Of a DNA stretch of 64,000 bases, positions 12,690 through 23,247 are shown piece by piece. This DNA comes from Glycera tridactyla (taxonomy: Eukaryota), in the NCBI GenBank assembly GCA_965644265.1, contig OZ286476.1:19964001-20028000 (forward strand), read 5' to 3'. Position 1 is the stretch's first letter; the number at the start of each line of letters is the position of its first letter. The position numbers and the translations under genes are program-made. The notes below the pieces were generated by a model, which was not told where the DNA came from, ran no database searches, and saw nothing but the letters and a program-made list of their open reading frames with translations.

Positions 12690-13663
12690 GTAAGTATCTT
12701 AGGATCACTCGTCCAGTCACAATTGCTGATCTTTCCTCATTTGCCCCTTTCTCTCTTTGTATATCCATTGCAGCATGATGTTTGGAAAACAACGTTGGAA
12801 TAGCGGCTTAGATTTTGATTTTTTTCTTGATTCTTGAAATCATTAGCATGATGAAGCAGATCAGGAGCAGTCCCAGATTGGAGCTGGTAGAATCATTTCC
12901 ATCTTTGGTCTTGAGAACTTTCCATTCATGTACTTTGTTGTAGTCAGCCTAGTCTGTTACTGTCTTTCTGAATATTCTTCTGTATCAGTTTTGACCTCTA
13001 CTTATTTTGTCGACTGACCTTCTCTTTTATTCTTCTCTTTCTCCTTGAACGAAAACCGAAACTGAACCTAGTACAGATAGTTGAGATCCTTGAGTAGCAG
13101 AGTGTCCTAGTATACAGTATATGTCATGGTGAGCATTTGCTTCAATTTTTGTCCAGAATATGTGTATAGCTCTGGAGCATGACGTCAAGAGTTATCATTT
13201 TCTCAGTTTTCCAGCACCAGGATAACAAATAGTTTGAATAGTTTCTAGTTACCGTTTTACCATTGCTATATACAAAGTAGAATACACAGGCAGTACCATA
13301 CATGGCTTCCTATCAATAGCTGACCCAGACATAAGTTTTCATCCTACCATCTGCCCATCCAATTGCAGTCCACGGCATTGGAGCGGGTTGGCGCATTATA
13401 ATATGTGCCAGTGACATTGTCCACAACAATAGTCTATCCTGATGGGTCATGGTATTGATGTCATGTTAGTGACAGTTACTAGACTGGTATTCGGCATGCA
13501 ACCAAAAGGCTTTTTAGTAAACAGTCTGAAGGCAATACATTTCATGGACATTCATTGCTGAATGACCATATGACCTGGCATGAAGGAGGCTGCATGGACT
13601 TTAGTCTGACTCAAACAATGAGGCATCATGGAAAGTCACTTCTCTCTTTTTTGCTCTCTGCAG

Positions 13664-16552
13664 CACCAGACAGCATCATCACCAATATTACAACTCAACG
13701 TGCTGACTATCGAGCTCCCCACTTCACAAAAGAATTGGAATCACTACAAATCAGTGAAGGCAGCCAAGTGACATTATCATGCTGTGTGGTTGGGACACCC
13801 ATGCCTCATGTTTCTTGGTATCGTAATGAAGACTGTGTGGACTCTTATGCAGACTACAGTACATTATATAATCCCCTCAGTGGGGAATGCAAACTAGAGA
13901 TTATTGATACATTTGCTGAAGATGCAGGACTGTATAGATGTATTGCTACGAATGAAATGGGGCAAGCAACAACTGCCTGTCTGCTTGATGTGATAGGTGA
14001 AAATATGATAAGTGGGAAAAGCACTGTCACAACTTATGATGCACATGGAAACCCAACAGTGAAAACGATTGAAAGTCCGAGAAAGGGTCATAGTCGTGTT
14101 GTAAAGGAAACATGCTGCAAGCCAGAACAAATTGTGACACATAATGTGATGCAAGCCTCGCAAAGTGGTCCCTGTGATCAGCCTCAGCCACATTCTTCTA
14201 GTCATAATGGTTTACCAGAACGTATTGCGATGGAAGACTCCATAGATATGTCCCGGTCAGAGCATGTGACCACGAAAAAAATCACCACACCAATGGATAC
14301 TGGCCAACATAGTGATAGTGTTTTCATTCCCGAGAAGAGAGACCCATTCATGCTTCTCATTGATGCCAACCAGCAGTTGTCTGGTGCCCAACCTATTCAT
14401 CAAAGTGAACTTAATCATAATGTTAGTAGCAATACTCATTTGAAATCAGTTCCACTACTTCAGGGACAAGACAAAATTGGTGATATGGAGTCATGTTTAG
14501 ATGATGAAGTCATTGGAATAACACAACAACGATTGAGCTCTGAGGTGTCTATGATGAATAGCGAGCTACAGCAAGAGATATGTGAAAAACATACCCAAAA
14601 CCATTTTCCTGTTGTCCAAATCGATGGAAAAAAGATGAGGTTTGACATTGATGCACCACTTTCTGTTTGTCACATGGATAATTTGAGTGATATGGACAGG
14701 AAGATTCATGAGTCATGTGTTACTCAGAGATCAGTCACACCATCTGGATTTTTGGATGAGACTGTCCACACGACACATGTCATTAAACGTGCCACCACTC
14801 CGATTGGTTTCCTTGATGAGGCAACAGAAACCACTCAAATCACCCAGAAGTCTCTGACACCTGTGGGACATTTACTTGACGAAACTGTCAAAACTTCACA
14901 GGTGATAAAACGATCCACAACACCCAGACCCGACGTGGATTTAGCTACTCAGCTGTGCATCCAAGAAGCTCCAGGCTCTGTACAATCCCAGCATCTGCTC
15001 CCTGCTAATCAACTGTGCACCACAGGAGCCGCAGCTCCCACTGATCCTCAATCAAGTAGTGCATTGGTATTTTCAAGTGACAGTGCAAAAAATCCTTTCA
15101 TCCAGTTCAAGCCAGATGGGACACCTGCTGTACCCTTCTTCAAAGACTTTGAAAAATTCACAACAGCTGAGACTTCCATGCTGACCAGCTCATTCTCGGA
15201 GTTGTGGGAGCAGCTCCTGAAGCAGATGCAGACAGATTCCACCACCAGTACTGTCACCATGCCTGGAGATGATTTAGTGGCCAGAGCTTTGAATGTCATT
15301 AAACAAACATCTAATGAAACATACCAAATGCTCATGAAGGCTCTCGCTTCTGGAGATATCACATCACCAGCATTACATGTTCTGAAAAACACAATAGAAT
15401 ATTTGTCATCTCAGTCATCTTTATCCCATGTGTCGCTGCCACCTGTGGTAAATACAACGTCGACCAAACAATCAGGTTACATTAGAAAAGAGACGATCAC
15501 CCAGCCTGATGGAACAGTTGTTACTTCAACAACAACCACTCCAGATGACAAATCATTCAAGCCTATTGGACATGCAATTAGTGTACCAACTAAATATGCT
15601 TTGGAGTCTCCCAGGGCAAAGCGGAAGGTGCCCTCTATGGCTGTTCAGTCCAGTAAGATTTTGGAGGACCACAGTGTGGAAAATGCCCACACATTCAAGC
15701 ATTTGACTGTGATTGAGCATACAGACAGTGACTCTGATAGTTGTCACACAACTGCATTACATATGCATCCGACTGGTGACAAATTCAAACCAGTTGAAAT
15801 TCAGGTTCCAATGCCTACTGAGAGAAAACAATCAGCATATCTACAGGCACAATGCCATCATATGCAGACTGAATATTCACCTTTGGAAATGACAATACCA
15901 GTTGGTGGAAGTGAAGGATTAACACCTCAAATAACAAGAGCACAGAACATCACAGCTCAGGTTCCAGAGTCAGCAGCAGCTCCTAATGAGCGTGATACTA
16001 CAACTGTTGAAAGCCTTGACTACTCTGTGACTGAAACATTGAATGTCACTGTAGACCAGCCAGTCCACCAAAGAATTGCATCGCCTCCTACCAAAAAATC
16101 ACATGCTAGTGTTGAACCTAAACCAGATCAAGAAGTTGAGTTGTCTATCCACGGACAGAAACAGGACTTCAAGGCTGTTGAAATGACTGCTCCAGTACTG
16201 AGTAAATCCTCATTACAAGCTTTTCCCACTGGGCATGTAGAATCAGGTGGCCCACCACCAGCAAAAATGATGCCGCCAACGTTTGTTGTTGCCATTGCAC
16301 CACAAATCATCAAGACCGGGGAGACTGCATCTTTCTCTGCACGAGTTAAAGGCTTCCCTTCACCGTCAATAGAATGGCTTTGGCGGAAGGAATGTCTGAA
16401 AGAAGGTAACAAGAAGATCACCTATGACGTTGAGACTGGTGTATGTCGACTTGTCTGGCCTGAAACAACCCCAAGTGACTTTGGAGAGGTGGTCTGTGAA
16501 GCATCAAATCCCCTTGGTACAGCAACCTGCACTGCGAACTTGGTTGTTGTCC
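13664..16552 (+). CDS. Exon 11 (cassette B, 963 codons): Ig, ~760-aa spacer, Ig
   Basis: Acceptor ctctctgcag after a long pyrimidine tract, donor C|GTAAGT at 16553; symmetric phase 1-1. Confidence 0.85.
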
Positions 16553-17295
16553 GTAAGTACTCAGAGTCTTCCACTGAAGCTGAAAAGCATTGCCCACAGT
16601 TGGAATGATATCTGGTTTGGTGCATTGTAGGTAGTTTGGCACACATTAGGGAAGGATGGACCTGAGTTCAGTGAGGATACTGAATGCACTATACTAGCAG
16701 TAGACATTGACAAGTCTTTCTGACATTTCATGGGGCTTCACATTTGATTGAATGTTGGAATGATCAGCTTTCAACTGACTATCACATCTACATTTCAAGC
16801 CTAATCTTTCACCCCTCTTTCTCTACTTTGAACACATCATTCTCTTGCCTTCCATTTACCAAATATGAGGAGTTTTATGAGTGATTGCATGTAACATTTC
16901 CCCGCTTTATTCATGTGTGTATTCAAATTACCAGGAGCTTCAAAATGCCCTCATCCCTGATCTCTTTGTCTTAATCCGAATGACTGAGCTTGTGTAACTT
17001 CTACTTTCCGTTGCATACTTCCAATTCCATCTCCAGCCCACCTCTTGCCATGATAATTGATAAAATGTTTCGCTCTAACAGTTTCATTCACGTTTTGAGC
17101 TGATTATTTATTCTGACCATAGTTGTCACGTATAAATCATTCATTGTGTGGACAAAGATGTTAACTATGATCCCGTGATGTTTTTACCCATTGTTGAATT
17201 GTATGCTCCATCCTGTACCATTAACATTTACCACTCATCATTTCAGGTCTGTTGATATATATGACTAAGAAATGCTTTATTGTTACTCTTTCTAG

Positions 17296-17455
17296 CACCT
17301 GATGCCGAGGTGACTGTAACTGAAAAGACCACATCTGTGAAAAAAGAGAAAATCACAGTGGTTGGTGATCAGGAGACTCGTCTTGTTGAGACCTCTCCAT
17401 CATGGCATCAGCAACTCTTCCCGCAGATGGAAGCTAATGAGGGAACAAATGTCAC
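17296..17455 (+). CDS. Exon 12: linker plus Ig A-strand (PPDAEVTVTEKTT...QMEANEGTNVT)
   Basis: Acceptor ttctag, donor AC|GTGAGT at 17456; phase 1 to 2. Confidence 0.87.
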
Positions 17456-17825
17456 GTGAGTACCACCCCTTTAGATGTTCCAACCAATAATCACATTGAC
17501 CATGATCATGCCAGATTATTCAAGGTATCAGTAGCACTGTGTCACATGCAATTTTTAGGAAACCCATGCATTCCCTGTGCCTGATGCATCTCCATGTTCA
17601 TGTATTGCGCTCTTTCTCTTAATCACTGTGTGCTGGTTTTAGTGTTTACTACTCAGATGTGCTACAGTCCAGATTCATCTGCACATGACATTTAGATTAA
17701 GGTGTAGATGACATACCATCTGGCTCTTCAACATGTCATGGACCAGCTTGGAACCATAGTTGTATCCAGTATTGTATATCAAAGCTTATCCTTGTAACTC
17801 AGTCGTTCAGTCAGTTCATGCTGAG

Positions 17826-17990
17826 TAAGTAGAGGTGTATCTGAACTGTCAGCTACTTTTGCTTGACCTTTCAGTTTCCCATCATCTTGTAATCAGGGTT
17901 TTGGAATGTGATACCTGCAGGGGACAGAATATCTAGTTTTATTGATCAGGAGCACACCGCATACATATATCCTTCATCAATGAAATGCAT
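17826..17990 (+). ncRNA. Intronic structured-element family, copy H1 (hairpin 17888-17956)
   Basis: Shares TCAGGGTT...GTGATACCTGCAG...ATCTAG...GATCAGG with the other copies; the arms pair. Confidence 0.5.
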
Positions 17991-18060
17991 GACAGCTGTC
18001 TTGTGAGAATGCAAAATACCATGATATTGATGCTAATTTAAATTTGATTGTATTTTATAG

Positions 18061-18278
18061 GTTGGAGTGCAAGGTAGATGCCGAGCCAGCACCTGAAATT
18101 ACCTGGTATTTCAATGGTGGACAAATTCTTCCATCACCTCGCTATGAAATTCGATTCAATGAAGGTATTACATCATTGACGATCATCAGTGCTACACCAC
18201 TTGACTCTGGTGAATATATCTGCCGAGCAATCAACAAATTGGGCGATATCAACACCAAGACTATCCTCACAATCAGAT
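18061..18278 (+). CDS. Exon 13: remainder of Ig domain
   Basis: LECKVDAEPAPEITW...DSGEYIC; donor T|GTAAGT; phase 2 to 1. Confidence 0.92.
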
Positions 18279-18687
18279 GTAAGTCTTTCGAGTTGCACAT
18301 TTTCTGCAGCCAGTCTGTAGTGAAGTCCAATAATGTTAGTGTGATATTGTATTGACTATCCATAGCACTTGGGGTGACTGGGAATTCCTTTCCTTTTTTT
18401 GACAAATTGGCAGCGGATCATCTTGATTAGTAGTATGTACCCCCACCCCTCCCTCTCGTCAAACCTAAAGTAAATAAAATCATTCAACTCACTCTGGACA
18501 GTTGATTTAGGAGCTAGTTCATGAAGCATATTTTACACTCAAGTCAATCTCATGAATTAATATATGACACCCATCACTTTGTCAGAAATCCTGTTGTGGA
18601 TCATCAGTTGGACTGATGTTTATATCATGGATGAGCATATAAGAAAGGTTTTTACTTGGATTATTTCAAACTTGCATATGTTTGCAG

Positions 18688-18977
18688 CTTTAACTCAACA
18701 ACCAGTTGCACAGCCATCTCAACAGCCATCTGGGCCGGTACCACAGCAGCCAATTGTACCTCAGACTGTTTCAACAGTACAAACCAAGCCCAGTCTGGCA
18801 CCAGAGGCCCCAGCACCCATGACAGAACCTTGTGCTGTTATTCCACTCGGCCCACGATCTGCAACATTACAGATCGACATGCCTGCACGCTTTGCACCAG
18901 GGCAGCCAGAAGCTCCACGATTCACCATGCCGCTGCGTGATCTAACTGTCAATGATGGGGATCGTGCTTCATTCAAG
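18688..18977 (+). CDS. Exon 14: Pro/Gln-rich linker plus start of Ig
   Basis: Acceptor tttgcag, donor AAG|GTGAGC; phase 1 to 0; EAPRFTMPLRDLTVNDGDRASFK. Confidence 0.88.
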
Positions 18978-19695
18978 GTGAGCCAGCAGGAGTTTATTGA
19001 GAGACTACTATTTATATTATGTTTATCAGAGCACTACCAGTATTATATATGTGATGAAGGCATTTTTAGTTTAGTGATTATTGATTCAATGTCTCCAAGA
19101 GAGTGCATAAGCATTCATAGAGGATCCTAGAATTCCTATCTCATATCTATGTCTTTGATACTAATGAATGATCAGCATAGAATGCTGGATGAAGAGATTT
19201 AAACCAATATCAGAGATTGGCCCCAATCCCTTCTGGAATTTCAGTCACTTTCAGGGTTACATGTACATATTGAGGCAATTTAGACCAGCAGGTCCAAGTT
19301 TGGCTAACTGAGAAACCTATAGCTAAATCTCCTACCAAGCATTCTCCATCATAATGTTTGACAAAAAAAGGATTGAGACTCCTTTCTAAAGTATTCTTCA
19401 TGTTAACTGTGGCAAAAAAGAATGGGTCTCCTGTAACAAAAATGTTGCAAAATGTCAGCGTCCTTTAGCTACAATTGAACAGCTTGCAAGTTATCAAATG
19501 ATGTAATCAAGCATCCAAATTGTGTTGCATCTGTCATCATACTAGTATCAAATTGTGTCAACTCACTAAAGGATGTAATCATTCGGTCATATTCAACAGC
19601 GTCCTGCATGTTCGCCTTTCTCGTATCCCTTTGGTAGGAATGAAATCATATTGAACTCTGACTCGATACCTAATTTCTTTCTGAATTTCCAATAG

Positions 19696-19912
19696 GTGAT
19701 GTTCCGTGGTATGCCGAAGCCAACCATTTCCTGGTTCTTCAATGCCCAGCCTATTCAGCCTTCAGCTGATTTCCAAATCAAGATTGATGTGAATCAGGGT
19801 GAAAGTACTTTGATAATCAAGGAAGTGTTCCCAGATGATGAGGGTGAATACATGGTCAAAGCAGAAAATCCCCTTGGTGCTGCAGTGACACACTGCCATC
19901 TGTTTGTACGCT
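19696..19912 (+). CDS. Exon 15: remainder of Ig domain
   Basis: VMFRGMPKPTISW...DDEGEYMVKAENPLG; donor T|GTGAGT; phase 0 to 1. Confidence 0.9.
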
Positions 19913-20356
19913 GTGAGTATATATTCTGGTCATAGAATGATGCCAACTAGTCATTTTGTTATGATGTCTCAATGTAGCTCATTTAATATACCATTTGATG
20001 GAACTGTCACGAGGTATCTAGTACAGTCTCCTCTATTTGTTTTTTTGTGAAATGAATGATCAATCTAAGGTTTTTCTTATTTTAGAAGGTGTTCAATTTC
20101 GGAATATGACCATATCCAATTTGCTGAATGTCTATCTAGGTCATGTGATCATGTTTCATTTGATAATTTAACCGGGAAGGAATTGTCAGATTATGGATTT
20201 CTGTCCAACTGAATCATTCAGTCCTATGAACACGTTATTCTTCTATGCAGAACCTCTAAATCATAGAGATCATACGGTGACTGTGGTACCCACCTGACCT
20301 GAGTATGAGGTGTAATGCAAGATAACTGCAAAATTGATATATTGTTGTTGTTACAG

Positions 20357-20565
20357 TGCCAAGCTCCTCAGATGATGAAGTAGAGAAGCTGTACAGCAAA
20401 TCAACCGAAGTTGTTCGCCTTCAGCAGCCAATCCAGGTGAAACAGCGATCATCCTTCTCTGAGACTATCAGTGTTGAGACGAAGAATCGTTTCCAGGAGT
20501 TCCAAATGCAGTTCCAGATTCCAGACAGGAAAGCTGAGGTCTCCGAGCTCAAAATGCGTCAGCAA
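20357..20565 (+). CDS. Exon 16: unique inter-Ig sequence
   Basis: Acceptor ttacag, donor CAA|GTAAGT; phase 1 to 0. Confidence 0.85.
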
Positions 20566-21092
20566 GTAAGTAAATCTCATGAGTTGTAGGTATTATGTGA
20601 GAACCAGATTCAAACTGTGTCACACATGTTACAGCATCATCTAAAATCATCTGGGATTCAGCAGGATGTTCAGTTCAGTGAACAGAAAAAAGTTTTCTGT
20701 CTGCAGAGTACATAAAGAAATTTCAGGATTACATGTCTGTAATGAAAATTTAGCAAATTGAGGTGAACATTGGCTGCAGCTGAACATCCTGCTATCATAG
20801 GTGCTGCAGCTTTTCTTGATCACATCCATTACATATTTTTCCATCAGAAATACACTAAAAATATCGGATATAGGTTTTTTCATATTGGAGCCCCTATTCT
20901 GAATAATCATATCCCTGGAAGTGAGAAACGAACATTTCTCATGATTTGCAAAGCTGACATTTAGTGATGGTTGGAGCATGTAATTAAGTATTGACAAGAA
21001 TATTATTCATTAGATGATAATATCATGGCCCTCTCACCACTGCTATTTATATCGAAACAAGCCTTAGAACTTTTTTTTTGGTCTTGTTATAG

Positions 21093-21831
21093 GCTGCACT
21101 GCAGGGCATGAGAATGGATGTGGACTTGCCTGGATACCAGCCACCAAAACCGCAGACCACAAAGACTACTCTTCATTTGAAGCAGCAGACCAAAACCACT
21201 GTGGAAACCCAGAAGAAACCTTTGCCTAAACAACTTCAGATGCTGCAGCTGCCACTTATCCAGCAGCGTCGTTTCTCAGAAACCATCGCCATTGATCGGT
21301 CTCGCCCAAGTACTCCAGTACAGGTGATGTTCAGCTTACCACAGAAACCAGCACCCCAACCAGAGAGGAAGCGCATTGAAAAATCATTGATCAATGTTCA
21401 ACAGAAGTCTGCCCTACGTGGTATGAGGATGGAGGTAGAGATTGCTGAGCAACGTCGTCAGAAGGCTGAACTTAAGTATCTGCAAAAGAAGCGTGCTCAG
21501 GGTATTGAAACCAAGCGTCAAGAGTTCCATATGCAGCTGGAAGGTGCCCCGCCACACTTCACCATTGATCTCAAATCTGCAAAGGTTATGGATGGTGAGG
21601 AGGTCAAATTCACCTGCAGAGTCATTGGCAATCCAATGCCAGAAATCACTTGGTACAAAAATGGCAAAGTGGTTGTTGACAATCCTGATTTCCGCACTGC
21701 TTATGATAAGAAAGCAGGCGATGTCATGCTTCATATTGTGGAGGTGTTCCCACAGGACACAGGAGAGTACCGCTGTATCGCTGTGAACCAGTATGGCCGT
21801 GCAGTTACTGGTGCTACTCTTCAGGTTGAAG
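21093..21831 (+). CDS. Exon 17: basic Gln/Lys-rich linker plus Ig
   Basis: Acceptor ttatag; GAPPHF...DTGEYRC; donor G|GTGAGA; phase 0 to 1. Confidence 0.9.
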
Positions 21832-22217
21832 GTGAGACATTTTCACAACTTGATGATGGGTTACTGATACCAAAATACACATTGAAAAAGTCTGGTGGGT
21901 TGTGGGTGTTTTCAATTGGTCACATACTCCTGTGGAGGAATTATTGCCTATGCCGTTGTACTACAAGTTTTGATAGATTGGGAATACTTATGCTTTTTTC
22001 TTTATACACAAGGCCAAGCTTGCCCACTAACTATTTTATATGGAGTAAAACCATTTCACATTTCAGATTGATTCATCTGTGTAGTCACATCCCCTCTACC
22101 AAGAGTTTGTCATAACAAATGTTAGTAGTAAGTGAGTTTGATGTGGATTAGATGCTTAGATTTTAACAATCAAGTCCATTCATGCAAGTAATATTTTGTC
22201 TCCACTTTCTGTTTCAG

Positions 22218-22690
22218 TGTTTGAATATGTTGCTGACAGTGAGGAAGCATCTGCCTCTGCTGCTGAATCCATCCCAGAGCGGATTGTCAGTGAAGATGAA
22301 GCTGAATTCATTGAGCGAACCCAGGCTTTCATTGCAAATATGCAGAAACTTCGCCAGGAGCTCCAGGAAGAGCATGTTGAGGAAGAGGAGATTGAGCTCA
22401 CTGAAGAATTCCATGAGGAGACTGTGCAGATGGCTGATGTCAAGTGGCAGATTCCCAAGAAGGCTGTTACCATGGAAATCGAAGTTGCACCAGAGGTAAC
22501 TGAGGAAATCACCACTGAAATTACTCAAGAGGTGATGCAAGAACAGCGTGTTGATGTTGAAATGAGGCGTACCAGCCTACAGCAGCAGATGGAGACCATG
22601 GTTCATGTGCAGCCTGCCCCTGTGGCAGAAGAAGTCACAGAGGAGGTTGTCAGTGAGGCATCTGAAATCACACAGGAACAGCTTATCCAG
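22218..22690 (+). CDS. Exon 18: Glu-rich PEVK-like segment
   Basis: Acceptor tttcag, donor CAG|GTAATT; phase 1 to 0. Confidence 0.87.
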
Positions 22691-23247
22691 GTAATTAACT
22701 CTATTGGGTAGATTCAGATGGCCTCTATTCCTTATCTGTTTACTCGTTTTTTGAAGATAACAGGTTGATTTCTGTTATCCCTGTCATTGCACCTTTACAG
22801 AATAAAATGGATATTTCTTTCTAATGAGCTACCCACTGAATGTTGATCTTCCCACTTGTAGAGTATTCATTAATGACCTACCATGATTTGAGGCATGCAT
22901 TATTGCTATATCCAGGATCCAGGGTTCCATCCCACTGGATACAGATTTCCAGTATTCAAATATCCCTGTGAATAGATCAATGCAAATTCAGTTGTCACTC
23001 AAATCTTTCATATTTGGTTGTAGATGACATAAGTAAATTCAACATTACTTGGCTACACATACTGGCTCAGGTGATGAGATCATGCTGAATTCAACATAAT
23101 GGAAACAGAACTCTAGCTCTAAAGAAAATATACATCCTACTGGGGGAATTATAAAGTCCCGCATTCCAATAGTAGCCTGTATTCAGACAGTTGTGATCAG
23201 AAGGGTTGTATACACAAATTTTCACTCAACGGTTTGCTTTATTCCAG

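Noticed and set aside
12690-16608. Exons 10 or 11 as novex-3-like terminal exons via in-frame read-through to stops at 12778 and 16608
   Set aside because: Both have consensus GTAAGT donors at the domain boundary, and I saw no AATAAA downstream of either stop
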